Source: an uncultured Bacteroidales bacterium | GTDB lineage: Bacteria; Bacteroidota; Bacteroidia; Bacteroidales; Paludibacteraceae | Direction: 5' to 3' | NCBI GenBank assembly: GCA_946184695.1 | Contig: CAMHGK010000001.1 | Location: 1 to 55,928, forward strand | Length of the DNA: 55,928 bases | In this document: in pieces, positions 24,265 through 33,776 of the stretch | How positions within the stretch are numbered: position 1 is the stretch's first letter | Layout of the letters: each line of letters begins with the position of its first letter | The notes under the pieces: generated by a model | What the model was told of the DNA's origin: nothing | The model's database searches: none | The model's input: the letters and a program-made list of their open reading frames with translations, nothing else | Made by a program: the position numbers and the translations under genes

Positions 24265-24341
24265 TTGTAAAAAAATGTCTTTTAGTTAATACTATTTCGG
24301 ACCTACTCGAGATCCTTAATGCTTTTTCACGAAAAGCGCGG

Positions 24342-24372
24342 CAAAGGTACAACAATGTTTTGATTTGGCAAA
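24342..24372 (-). promoter_or_regulatory. Promoter for rpsP (TTTG-N19-TACCTTTG, minus strand)
   Basis: Plus-strand caaa at 24369-24372 and caaaggta at 24342-24349, 78 nt upstream of the ATG. Confidence 0.65.
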
Positions 24373-24409
24373 ATCTTTTGCAAAGATTGTGTATATAAAA
24401 TTATTTTCG

Positions 24410-24417
24410 TATTTTTG
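24410..24417 (+). promoter_or_regulatory. -7 box (TATTTTTG) upstream of the TGS/uridine-kinase-like gene
   Basis: TATTTTTG lies 61 nt upstream of the ATG at 24478. There is no properly spaced -33 element. Confidence 0.4.
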
Positions 24418-24477
24418 CAGTTTCAAATAATACCTGCCCTAAAGCAGGAAAATAGCAACCTCAAAAACACCCGCCTT

Positions 24478-26229
24478 ATGCAGCCTCAATTTCCCGAGAA
24501 CGTAATCTCACAAGTGCCATGCGGTAATGCCTCAAGCGACATCGCAGATCGTCCCAACTACAGCGTTCAGGTCTATTGTAAAAACAACAAGCAGTACTAC
24601 GACATTCCATGCGGCAGCTCGCTCAGACAGGTGCGCGACCTGATAGGAATAGAGATGCCCTACAAGATTGTAGCGGCACGAGTGAACTACAAACTTGAAG
24701 ACCTACGCTTTCTTATCTATCGTCCGAAAGACATTGAGTTCGTTGATATAAGTTCGCCCGCAGGCATGCGTTGCTATGTGCGCACGCTATCAATGGTGCT
24801 CTCTTGTGCCATACACGAGCTATTCGACAAGGCCGACCTGCGTATCGAGCACCCAATCTGCAAAGGCTACTACTGCACCATACAATGGGGCAAAGACGGA
24901 CAACAAAAAATCACACCCGAAATAGTAAACCAAATCAAAGAGCGGATGTGGGAGATCATTCGTGAGAACCGCGAAATAAAAAGTTGCGAGCGTCAGACGC
25001 GCGAGGTTATGACACTCTTCAAGGAGCGCAGCGACGGCGAAGCCAACCTATTTGAGACTCTTGGAGCACCATATACACGCTACTTCTCAATGGGCGACTA
25101 CATAGACTACTACACCGGAGTGCTCATGCCCTCGTCAGGCTATATTGACATATTCGACCTTGAACCGTATTTTGATGGTATGCTGCTGCGCATTCCTAAC
25201 CGCCAAAACCCCGTTGAGCTCGAAGGCAATATCGTACAAGACAAGATGTTCGACACCTTCAGCGAGTATGTAGGTTGGAACAAACTGATGGGCATAAGAA
25301 ATGTGGCAGACTTCAACCGCCTGTGCCTCGAGAATCAGGCTTACGACATGATTAAACTTTCGGAGGCCCTGCACGAGAAGAAAGTGGCACGCATAGCCGA
25401 CATGATAGCCAACCGCAAATGCGGCAGACCTAAGTTCGTTCTTATTTCAGGTCCGTCGTCGTCGGGTAAGACCACTTTCTCCAAACGACTAACCATACAA
25501 CTTCGAGTAAATGGCATAAAGCCAGTAGTCATATCTATGGACAACTACTTCGTCAATCGAGTGGACACTCCTTTAGACGAGAACGGCGATTGGGATTTCG
25601 AGAATATCGAAGCTCTTGATTTGCCACTATTCCGTCAGCAGGTCATGTCGCTGCTCAACGGCGAAGAAGTGGAGATACCAGAGTATAACTTCGAGACCGG
25701 CAAACGCCAGTGGACAGGCAGGAAACTACGCATTGAAGAAAACAATATCATCATCATCGAGGGCATACACGCACTCAACCCCACACTCATTCCCGACATA
25801 CCCCGCGAAGCCACTTTCAAGATTTATGTCAGCGCACTGACCACCATCAATCTTGACAACCACAATTGGATTCCCACCACCGACACCCGTCTGCTGCGCC
25901 GCATAGTGCGCGACTACCGCTATCGCAACTACTCGGCACGCGAGACCATAGCACGCTACGAGAGCGTACAGCGAGGCGAACAGAAATGGATATATCCGTT
26001 CCAAGAAGAAGCCGACGTAATGTTCAACTCAGCACTGCTATTTGAACTTGCAGTCCTCAAACGCCACGCTGAGCCTATATTGGCTGAGGTACCTAAGTTC
26101 TGCGACGAATACTCTGAGGCACACCGACTACTCAAGTTCCTGCAATACTTCGTACCTATATCCGAGAAAGCTATTCCGCCGACCTCACTGCTTCGCGAGT
26201 TCGTCGGTGGAAGTTCATTCAGATACTAA
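24478..26229 (+). CDS. Nucleoside/uridine-kinase-family P-loop protein fused to a ThrRS-like TGS N-terminal region
   Basis: P-loop FVLISGPSSSGKTTFSKRL with a uridine-kinase-like downstream pattern (IIIIEGIHALNP). The N-terminal ~250 aa resemble the TGS and second additional domains of threonyl-tRNA synthetase. The ATG at 24478 is preferred over the ORF-track TTG at 24415, which overlaps the -7 box. Confidence 0.7.
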   Translation: MQPQFPENVISQVPCGNASSDIADRPNYSVQVYCKNNKQYYDIPCGSSLRQVRDLIGIEMPYKIVAARVNYKLEDLRFLIYRPKDIEFVDISSPAGMRCYVRTLSMVLSCAIHELFDKADLRIEHPICKGYYCTIQWGKDGQQKITPEIVNQIKERMWEIIRENREIKSCERQTREVMTLFKERSDGEANLFETLGAPYTRYFSMGDYIDYYTGVLMPSSGYIDIFDLEPYFDGMLLRIPNRQNPVELEGNIVQDKMFDTFSEYVGWNKLMGIRNVADFNRLCLENQAYDMIKLSEALHEKKVARIADMIANRKCGRPKFVLISGPSSSGKTTFSKRLTIQLRVNGIKPVVISMDNYFVNRVDTPLDENGDWDFENIEALDLPLFRQQVMSLLNGEEVEIPEYNFETGKRQWTGRKLRIEENNIIIIEGIHALNPTLIPDIPREATFKIYVSALTTINLDNHNWIPTTDTRLLRRIVRDYRYRNYSARETIARYESVQRGEQKWIYPFQEEADVMFNSALLFELAVLKRHAEPILAEVPKFCDEYSEAHRLLKFLQYFVPISEKAIPPTSLLREFVGGSSFRY

Positions 26230-26245
26230 ACAAATTGATAATTAA

Positions 26246-26674
26246 ATGAAGCAAACACTGATAATATCACTTATACTTAGCAGCATATCGTTCGTGCAAG
26301 CGCAGGATATCTTCACCGACATGCCACGGGTGCAGGTTCATCAAGACTCTGCCATCGTCAGGCTCCTGCAAGACAAGATCGAAGGCGTGGAACGTCATGA
26401 GACGGAAGCACAGGGGTTCCGCGTGCAAGTATTCTCGTCAAACAACCAGCTGCGCGCCAAAGCCGATGCCTTCGACATGGAGACACGACTGAGCAAACTG
26501 CACCTTGACCAACCCGTATATGTGCTCTATAATCCTCCTTTCTGGAAAGTGAGAGTGGGCGACCTGCGCACACAAGAAGATGCCATCGTGGTACGCGATG
26601 AGCTGATAAAACTGCTACCTGACATCGTAGGCGACATCTACGTGGTCAAAGACAAGATAACGGTCATAGAGTAG
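26246..26674 (+). CDS. SPOR-domain protein
   Basis: Signal peptide plus GFRVQVFSSNNQLRAKADAF...YNPPFWKVRVGDLRTQEDA, the SPOR peptidoglycan-binding pattern. Confidence 0.8.
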   Translation: MKQTLIISLILSSISFVQAQDIFTDMPRVQVHQDSAIVRLLQDKIEGVERHETEAQGFRVQVFSSNNQLRAKADAFDMETRLSKLHLDQPVYVLYNPPFWKVRVGDLRTQEDAIVVRDELIKLLPDIVGDIYVVKDKITVIE

Positions 26675-26712
26675 CCAAAAAGGCATTAACCAACGACTAA
26701 GACTAACTAACA

Positions 26713-27294
26713 ATGAATCTGCAACCCTTCAATCCCGACTCTGCCGTCACCGACTCCATAGCCGGCAATGTCGAACAAATACTAAACCTCATCGGCGAAG
26801 ACCCGCAGCGCGAAGGTCTTCAGCGCACTCCGCATCGTGTCGGACAAGCCTTTCAGTTTCTCACCAAAGGCTACCACGAGGATGCCGAAGCGATTCTGCG
26901 CTCTGCTCTATTTGAAGAAGACTACCGACAGATGGTGGTGGTGAAAGATATTGAGTTTTATTCGCTCTGCGAGCATCACCTCTTACCATTCTTTGGCAAG
27001 GCACACGTAGCTTACATACCTAACGGCAAGATTACCGGGCTGAGCAAGATAGCCCGTGTGGTGGATGTGTTTGCACGCCGCCTGCAAGTGCAAGAAAGGC
27101 TTACCACACAAATCAAGGACTGCCTGCAAAGCACCCTCCAGCCGCTTGGTGTGATGGTAGTGATAGAAGCAGAACACCTCTGCATGCAAGCCCGAGGCGT
27201 ACAGAAGCCTCACTCGCTCACCATCACCTCAGACTTTACGGGTGCATTCAACCGAGCCGAGACACGCGAAGAGTTTATGAAACTCATACGCTGA
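26713..27294 (+). CDS. folE: GTP cyclohydrolase I
   Basis: [22 protein letters not shown] and QVQERLT motifs. Confidence 0.95.
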   Translation: MNLQPFNPDSAVTDSIAGNVEQILNLIGEDPQREGLQRTPHRVGQAFQFLTKGYHEDAEAILRSALFEEDYRQMVVVKDIEFYSLCEHHLLPFFGKAHVAYIPNGKITGLSKIARVVDVFARRLQVQERLTTQIKDCLQSTLQPLGVMVVIEAEHLCMQARGVQKPHSLTITSDFTGAFNRAETREEFMKLIR

Positions 27295-27369
27295 AGACAC
27301 CGCTCATCGCCATAAGGAAGTTAGCAAACTATGTTTGACAAGAGTCTGTAAATACACGAGCATAAAATA

Positions 27370-28515
27370 ATGTTGTTCTCAGAGGTCATAGGTCAAGAAG
27401 CCATTAAGCAGCAACTCCGTCAGTCGGTGGCTGACGGGCGTATTCCTCATGCCCAGTTGCTCTATGGCAAGCGAGGTGTAGGCAAACTGCAACTTGCCCT
27501 TGCCTTTGCACAGTATCTCGCCTGCGAAAACCGGACTGACACCGATGCTTGCGGGCATTGCCCCTCGTGCCTGCAATATAGCAAGCTGCAGCACCCTGAC
27601 CTGCACCTGATGTTCCCCTACACCAAAGAGGACCAGAAAGACACCAGCGACATTTACATCAGCAAATTCCGCGAGTTCATAATCAACAACACCTATTTCG
27701 ACCTCAACGATTGGCAGTCGGCACTCAGTGCTGCCAACAAGCAGACAATAATCTACGAGGTAGAGAGTTCTATACTACTCCGCCAACTGAGTATGAAGGC
27801 CTACGGCAACGGCTACAAGGTGGCCATCATCTGGCATGCTGAAAAGATGAACGAGGTATGCCAAAACAAACTCCTCAAGATGCTTGAAGAGCCCCCTGAG
27901 AAGACTCTCTTCCTGCTTATAACCGAGCGTCCCGAACTGCTGCTGACAACCATACTCTCACGTGTCCGCCAAATACATGTGCCACAGGTTGACGACCAGG
28001 ACATAGCCGTATCGCTACTCGCCTCAGAAAGAGTAGAGACCTATCAGGACGCACACGCCATAGCGCATATAGCATCCGGCAGCTACCTGAAAGCTCTTAA
28101 GATTACAAGCAGCGACAAAAAGGAAGCCGAGAATTTAGAACTATTCCGGCAACTATTCACCCTTGCCACCGACATTGCCATCAATCGACAGATAGACAAG
28201 ATAATAGAACTCCGGAAATGGAGCGATACACTCGCCGCCAAACCGCGCGAGCGCCAGAAAGACTTTCTCGATTATGCAGGCAGGCAACTCCGAGAAAACT
28301 ATATATCCAACTTCCAGATTCCTCAAATCAACTATCAGACCACCGATGAACAGCGCTTTTCGCGCGACTTCGCAAGGTTCTTCAGCAGTAACAACATCAG
28401 CCAGCTTGCCGAAGAATTTGCACTCGCACAGAGGCATATTGAACAAAATGCCAATTCAAAGATTGTGCTTTTTGACCTGTGCCTGAAAACAACAATGTAC
28501 GTCAAGAAGAAATAA
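27370..28515 (+). CDS. holB: DNA polymerase III subunit delta'
   Basis: RIPHAQLLYGKRGVGK, the Zn module CGHCPSC, and KLLKMLEEPPEKT. Confidence 0.88.
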   Translation: MLFSEVIGQEAIKQQLRQSVADGRIPHAQLLYGKRGVGKLQLALAFAQYLACENRTDTDACGHCPSCLQYSKLQHPDLHLMFPYTKEDQKDTSDIYISKFREFIINNTYFDLNDWQSALSAANKQTIIYEVESSILLRQLSMKAYGNGYKVAIIWHAEKMNEVCQNKLLKMLEEPPEKTLFLLITERPELLLTTILSRVRQIHVPQVDDQDIAVSLLASERVETYQDAHAIAHIASGSYLKALKITSSDKKEAENLELFRQLFTLATDIAINRQIDKIIELRKWSDTLAAKPRERQKDFLDYAGRQLRENYISNFQIPQINYQTTDEQRFSRDFARFFSSNNISQLAEEFALAQRHIEQNANSKIVLFDLCLKTTMYVKKK

Positions 28516-28521
28516 CACGAT

Positions 28522-29631
28522 ATGAACAATAACGATTATAGTATAAACAGCTGCCGCCATAACTCACTTCTTATGCTTCCCGTAAGCGATTGGATGTCGG
28601 AGATACCATCCGACGGGCGCGTTTATGACTTGGTAGAGGTGCAATTCAAAAACACCCGCAAGGGTTATTATCGCAACTCCGAAGGTCTCAGCCTAACCAA
28701 AGGCAGCATGGTAATAGTGGAAGCAAATCCGGGGTACGACTTAGGCATTGTAACGCTAACGGGCAAATTAGTGGAACATCAGATGAAGAAAAACCGAATC
28801 GACCTCAGCCGATATGAGATACGTCAGGTTCTTCGTCTTGCCACCGAAGCCGATATAGAGAAACGCGACGAGGCAAAGAAAAAAGAACAGGACACCATGA
28901 TTCGTGCTCGCCAGCTTGCCAAGTCGCTCGGACTTGAGATGAAAATCGGCGATGTGGAATATCAAGGCGACGGCTCAAAGGCCATATTCTACTATATAGC
29001 TGACCAGCGCGTTGACTTCCGCCAACTCATCAAAGTATATGCAGAGACGTTCCGCGTGAGAATTGAGATGAAGCAGATAGGTGCGCGTCAGGAGGCCGGA
29101 AGGATAGGAGGTACGGGACCATGCGGAAGAGAACTATGCTGCACCACATGGTTGCAGAACTTCTACTCCGTAGGAACCAATGCCGCACGTACACAGAATA
29201 TATCGCTCAATCCGCAGAAGCTTGCAGGACAGTGCGCAAAGCTCAAATGTTGCCTGCAATACGAACTCGCACAATACGAAGAGGCTGCTTCAAAAATGCC
29301 ATCGCGTCATCAGACCCTTGAAACACGCGATGCCACCTACTACATGTTCTCGTCGGACCCGCTCAAGGGTGAGATAACCTACTCCACTGCCCAAAACATG
29401 CCGGTCAACCTGCAGGTCATCAGTGTGCAAGAGGCACTCGACATCATCGAGATGAATCGCCGCGGAGAGCGTCCGCTGAGTCTCGGGGGAAAGCAGACAG
29501 TAGCCACTGCCGATACTTTCGATTATCAAAACGTGGTCGGACAAGACGACGTCACACGGTTCGACAAGAAGCGCCAGAAGCAACGCCCACAACAAAACAA
29601 TCACCGCCAACGCCCACCCAAACGCCAATGA
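28522..29631 (+). CDS. PSP1-domain protein (RicT/YaaT-like)
   Basis: PSP1 C-terminal domain pattern (VEVQFKNTRKGYY...GDVEYQGDGSKAIFYY...CGRELCC). It sits immediately after holB, as yaaT does in Firmicutes. Confidence 0.8.
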   Translation: MNNNDYSINSCRHNSLLMLPVSDWMSEIPSDGRVYDLVEVQFKNTRKGYYRNSEGLSLTKGSMVIVEANPGYDLGIVTLTGKLVEHQMKKNRIDLSRYEIRQVLRLATEADIEKRDEAKKKEQDTMIRARQLAKSLGLEMKIGDVEYQGDGSKAIFYYIADQRVDFRQLIKVYAETFRVRIEMKQIGARQEAGRIGGTGPCGRELCCTTWLQNFYSVGTNAARTQNISLNPQKLAGQCAKLKCCLQYELAQYEEAASKMPSRHQTLETRDATYYMFSSDPLKGEITYSTAQNMPVNLQVISVQEALDIIEMNRRGERPLSLGGKQTVATADTFDYQNVVGQDDVTRFDKKRQKQRPQQNNHRQRPPKRQ

Positions 29632-30101
29632 TACGACAAACACGCATATTAGCACTGAGTCTGCTTGCCTTAGCTGCCATACTCGGATCATGCGACCGCC
29701 GGACAGTCTATACCTCAGCACTGTCGCTACCTTCTGAAGGTTGGCATGCCGACAGCACACTCTGCTTCGACTTCTGCCTCAGTGACCTTGAGGCGGCATA
29801 CGACGTCGTTATCTTCTTCCGGCACAAAGAGAACTACCCTTATCAGAATGTTTGGCTAATAGTTGACCAAAAGCCGGTAAGCACCGCATCTTCCGACACT
29901 ATAGAGTTTTACCTGGCTGACCAGCGAGGCAGATGGCTCTCTGGAGGTATTGGAAAAACCAAGCAAATGCCCGTACTCTACCTGCACGACCACCACTTTG
30001 CCGACTCGTGCTACACCATGTCGATAAGACATGCAATGCGTGACCAAATGCTACAAGGAGTGAGCGATATAGGACTAAGAATTACAAAATCACGACAATA
30101 G
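29628..30101 (+). CDS. gldH: GldH-family lipoprotein
   Basis: Lipobox LGSC, ~157 aa, in the holB-PSP1-gldH order I recall from Bacteroidota. The ATG overlaps the preceding stop (ATGA). Confidence 0.6.
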   Translation: MIRQTRILALSLLALAAILGSCDRRTVYTSALSLPSEGWHADSTLCFDFCLSDLEAAYDVVIFFRHKENYPYQNVWLIVDQKPVSTASSDTIEFYLADQRGRWLSGGIGKTKQMPVLYLHDHHFADSCYTMSIRHAMRDQMLQGVSDIGLRITKSRQ

Positions 30102-30206
30102 GTTCCATTATTCGACATTGCACACATTACTAACCAGTTACAATACTATTGCCTCGCCAACATATTCAACCACAACACTTAATAAGTACAAAAAAAAGCA
30201 AAAAGA

Positions 30207-30238
30207 TTTGCGTATTAAAAAGATTTAGTCTATCTTTG
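30207..30238 (+). promoter_or_regulatory. Promoter for rpmH (TTTG-N20-TATCTTTG)
   Basis: TTTG at 30207-30210 and TATCTTTG at 30231-30238, 79 nt upstream of the rpmH ATG. Confidence 0.65.
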
Positions 30239-30316
30239 CAGCCGCTTTTGAAAAAAGGTAGTATTACGAGTTAATAAATCTTCCGCTGCTGATAGCGGAA
30301 CTAACAATCCACAGCA

Positions 30317-30475
30317 ATGAAAAGAACATTTCAACCAAGCCAAAGAAAAAGACGCAACAAGCACGGATTTCTTGAGAGAATGTCAACCGCCAATGGACGT
30401 AGAGTTTTGGCAGCACGCCGTGCTAAGGGTCGCAAGAAACTTACCGTGGCAGACGAAGGTCGTCATAAATTCTAA
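30317..30475 (+). CDS. rpmH: 50S ribosomal protein L34 (52 aa; absent from the ORF track because it is under 60 aa)
   Basis: Hand translation: [52 protein letters not shown]. The N-terminus is the canonical L34 MKRTFQPS...RKRxxxHGF. Confidence 0.93.
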   Translation: MKRTFQPSQRKRRNKHGFLERMSTANGRRVLAARRAKGRKKLTVADEGRHKF

Positions 30476-30526
30476 TCCAATTAGCGAACTTATACGGCTA
30501 AGACAAAAGGTCGTTGGCTGAATTAC

Positions 30527-30556
30527 GGGAAAAGAGAACCATCTCCTTTCCCTTTT
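30527..30556 (+). terminator. Terminator downstream of rpmH
   Basis: gggaaaagaga (30527-30537), loop acca, tctcctttccc (30542-30552) with one mismatch, then tttt. Confidence 0.6.
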
Positions 30557-30598
30557 CAGTATATGACAACAACATTTTTCTAACAAACTGACAAAAAC

Positions 30599-30934
30599 AT
30601 GGAATCAACACGTCAACAAAAAATAGCCCGTCTGATACAGAAGGACCTGAGTGACATCATGCTCTCATATTCACGCAAGGTACATGGTACACTCATCTCT
30701 GTAAGCGAGGTAAGAGTTTCGCCTGACCTTTCGATAGCACACGTGTATCTGTCCATATTCCCACACGACAAGGTGGAGAGTACATTAGAGATGATAGAGC
30801 AGAACCATGGTGCTATACGAGGTGAGATGGGCAGATTAGAGCGTCATCAGCTGCGCATCATTCCCGAACTGCATTTCCACCTCGACGACACGCTTGACCG
30901 CATGGAACATATCGACCAACTGCTCAGCCAATAG
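30599..30934 (+). CDS. rbfA: Ribosome-binding factor A
   Basis: RQQKIARLIQKDLSDI...VSEVRVSPDLSIAHVYLS is the RbfA pattern. Confidence 0.9.
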   Translation: MESTRQQKIARLIQKDLSDIMLSYSRKVHGTLISVSEVRVSPDLSIAHVYLSIFPHDKVESTLEMIEQNHGAIRGEMGRLERHQLRIIPELHFHLDDTLDRMEHIDQLLSQ

Positions 30935-30935
30935 C

Positions 30936-32159
30936 ATGCTGTACCAACTATTCATAGCCTGGCGCTATCTGTTTGCAAAAAAACGCCTCAATGCCATCAA
31001 TATAGTATCCGGGGTGGCAGCGGCAGGTGTGGCTGTTGCCACAGCTGCTATGGTGTGTGTGCTGTCGGTCATGAATGGCTTTGGTGAGTTGGTGGAAGAC
31101 ATGTTCTCACAGTTTGACCCCGACCTGAAAATAACATGCACGACAAGCAAATATTTCGATACCGCTGATGAGCGATTCAGGCGAATCTCAGAGCTTCCTG
31201 AAATAAAAGATATCTCGCGGACTATAGAAGAGAATGCACTGATACGTTTTTCTGACAAGCAAGTCAGCGCTACAGTCAAAGGTGTCGAAGAAAAATTCCG
31301 GTCACTCACAAATATTGACGACATACTGACCGATGGCGACTTCCAACTTTACGATGGTGCCTTCGAGCGCACGGTAATGGGACGAGGATTGGCAAACAGC
31401 GTCGGGATAGGTGCGCATTTCATAACCGGCATGAGACTATACGCTCCGTCACGCACCAAGCGAGTGAATATGCTTGCACCTGAGAAGTCGCTCAGAGAGG
31501 AGTCCGTTTGGATATCAGGAGTGTTTGCCGTCAATCAGATGAAGTACGACGACAACTATATGCTCGTCTCCATAGGCTTGGCAGAGCGGCTCTTTGAGTA
31601 TTCCGACACAGAGGCTACAGCAGTGGAGGTCTTTCTGAAAGACGGAGCCTCAGTGAAATCAGCAAAGAAGAAAATACGCGCCATCTTACCTAACGATTAT
31701 AAGGTGCTCGACCGTTTTGAGCAGCAAGAAGACTTCTTCCGGATTCTTGAGATTGAGAAGCTCCTCACTTTCCTTCTTCTAACAATGATTATCCTTATTG
31801 CAGCTCTAAACATCGTAGGTTCGCTCTCGATGCTAATGCTTGACAAGCGCGAGGACATTGCCGTCTTTGCCACCCTCGGAGCCGACGACAAAGGAATAAG
31901 AAACATATTCCTGTTCGAGGGCTGGCTGGTCAGTTCGCTCGGCGCTATCGGAGGTATACTGCTCGGACTTGTTCTTTGCTACCTGCAGATTCGTTTCTCA
32001 CTGATAAAACTCGGCGATGGCACCAATTTTATCATATCTGCCTACCCCGTTGCAGTGGAGCCGACAGACATAATTGCGACACTCATAGTAGTGCTTCTGC
32101 TTGGATTTATCACAGCTTTCATTCCTGCAAGACAGGCTGCCAAGTCAACATTCCACTAA
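30936..32159 (+). CDS. FtsX-like ABC transporter permease (LolC/E-type)
   Basis: MLYQLFIAWRYLFAKKRLNAINIVSGVA... N-terminus, a large periplasmic loop, and a C-terminal FtsX 3-helix bundle. The ATG at 30936 is chosen because it is 1 nt after the rbfA stop. Confidence 0.8.
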   Translation: MLYQLFIAWRYLFAKKRLNAINIVSGVAAAGVAVATAAMVCVLSVMNGFGELVEDMFSQFDPDLKITCTTSKYFDTADERFRRISELPEIKDISRTIEENALIRFSDKQVSATVKGVEEKFRSLTNIDDILTDGDFQLYDGAFERTVMGRGLANSVGIGAHFITGMRLYAPSRTKRVNMLAPEKSLREESVWISGVFAVNQMKYDDNYMLVSIGLAERLFEYSDTEATAVEVFLKDGASVKSAKKKIRAILPNDYKVLDRFEQQEDFFRILEIEKLLTFLLLTMIILIAALNIVGSLSMLMLDKREDIAVFATLGADDKGIRNIFLFEGWLVSSLGAIGGILLGLVLCYLQIRFSLIKLGDGTNFIISAYPVAVEPTDIIATLIVVLLLGFITAFIPARQAAKSTFH

Positions 32160-32195
32160 TCACAACCCGCCACTACATAACAACTAAGATACAAT

Positions 32196-32849
32196 ATGAA
32201 CCGACGACTTTTATTCATACTAACTATTGGCATAGTGTTGCTGCTTGCCTCGGCTTGCGGCAGCAATCCTCCAGAACCGTCACAGTTCGCCAAGAGGCTC
32301 GACAAAGGTTATGCCACATATTACGGCAACTATTATGCTGCCGAAGGACTCGACGCTCATCTGCTGTCGCTTGATATATATTCCCCCACTATCACTATTG
32401 ACTCAGCAGGAAGAATAGGCGGTACAGGGACCAATGTCTATCTGTCTGACATCTTCATACCCAACGACGAGATATTTATGCGGCGCGGAGAATATAAGTG
32501 TGATACAACCTACAAGCCTTTTACTTTTTTGGCGGGGATAGAGTACGAGGGACACTACTCAGGTGCCTACCTGCTTAGTATCAAGGAGAACGGCTATTCC
32601 GTTACTTTGGTTAAAAGCGGTACGATGATGGTAAGTTACGTATCCGACTCCACCATTATCAACTTCGAACTCATGCTTGACAATCCAGGACGCACGACAT
32701 ACACTGGCGAATACAGAGGAGTATTGCCTTACTACGACACTACCAACACCATCGAACAGCAACCTTCAGCCTTACGCCGCATTCTGTCGGCTACAGCTCG
32801 TCGGGAATCTGCATTTCTTAACCAACAACTGACTGAGGCTGATGAATAG
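32196..32849 (+). CDS. Hypothetical lipoprotein
   Basis: Lipobox LLLASAC. No recognisable domain. Confidence 0.6.
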   Translation: MNRRLLFILTIGIVLLLASACGSNPPEPSQFAKRLDKGYATYYGNYYAAEGLDAHLLSLDIYSPTITIDSAGRIGGTGTNVYLSDIFIPNDEIFMRRGEYKCDTTYKPFTFLAGIEYEGHYSGAYLLSIKENGYSVTLVKSGTMMVSYVSDSTIINFELMLDNPGRTTYTGEYRGVLPYYDTTNTIEQQPSALRRILSATARRESAFLNQQLTEADE

Positions 32850-33753
32850 CCATTCCGATATTGCCATCGAAAGGATACAGAAGCAATATATCGCTTACAT
32901 GCGTTTGGAACGTTCTTTTTCTGCTAATACGGTAGAAGCATACGAGCGCGACCTCAAGCAGTTTCTCGACTATTGCAACGAACATTCTCTCAATCCGCTG
33001 AAGGCAACCCTGCAGGATTTGGAGCAATACATCTTTGAAACCTACCACGATGCCAAACGCACCCGTACCCAAGCCCGACAGATGTCCGGGCTGAGAGCAT
33101 TCTATCGTTTTTTGCTTTATCACGACTATATCGAAGACGACCCGTCAGAGTTGCTCGACATGCCCAAACTTGACAAGCATCTGCCGGAGGTGCTTACCGT
33201 AGAAGAAATCGACAGCATGATAGCAGCAATCGACTTGAGCAAACCGGAAGGACAGCGTAACCGTGCCATCATAGAAATGCTATACGGCTCAGGGCTGCGG
33301 GTCTCTGAACTGGTCACGCTCAAGCTCTCTAACATGTACATGAAAGAGCACTACATGCTGGTCGAGGGAAAGGGCAGCAAGCAGCGCCTTGTACCTATAT
33401 CCGACGAAGCGCAACGGCAGTTTGACCTATGGCTGCAAGACCGCAATCGCTTAGACGTCAAGCCGGAATACACCGATTATGCCTTTGTCAACAGATACGG
33501 CCGTGGACTTACCAGAGTAATGATATTCACTATCATTAAGCAGCTTGCTGCCGCTGCCGGCATACAGAAAAACATATCTCCGCATACACTCCGCCATTCC
33601 TTTGCAACCCATCTGCTGCAAAACGGAGCTGATTTGAGAATCATACAGCAATTGCTCGGACACGAAACAATAACCACCACAGAAATATATACCCACGTCA
33701 ACGTACAAGACCTACGCAAGGCAATACTCCAGTATCACCCTGCCAACCACTGA
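32842..33753 (+). CDS. xerD: Site-specific tyrosine recombinase XerD
   Basis: YMRLERSFSANTVEAYERDL N-terminal SAM-like domain. Catalytic motifs RNRAIIEMLYGSGLRVSE, HTLRHSFATHLL and LLGHETITTTEIYTH. Confidence 0.85.
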   Translation: MNSHSDIAIERIQKQYIAYMRLERSFSANTVEAYERDLKQFLDYCNEHSLNPLKATLQDLEQYIFETYHDAKRTRTQARQMSGLRAFYRFLLYHDYIEDDPSELLDMPKLDKHLPEVLTVEEIDSMIAAIDLSKPEGQRNRAIIEMLYGSGLRVSELVTLKLSNMYMKEHYMLVEGKGSKQRLVPISDEAQRQFDLWLQDRNRLDVKPEYTDYAFVNRYGRGLTRVMIFTIIKQLAAAAGIQKNISPHTLRHSFATHLLQNGADLRIIQQLLGHETITTTEIYTHVNVQDLRKAILQYHPANH

Positions 33754-33776
33754 CGAAACCATTCCACCCCATTCGC

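Noticed and set aside
32842-33753. Tyrosine recombinase as a marker of an integrated mobile element
   Set aside because: Its size, XerD-type N-terminal domain and motifs fit the housekeeping chromosome-dimer resolvase. It is embedded among core genes with no flanking direct repeats, tRNA target or cargo genes.
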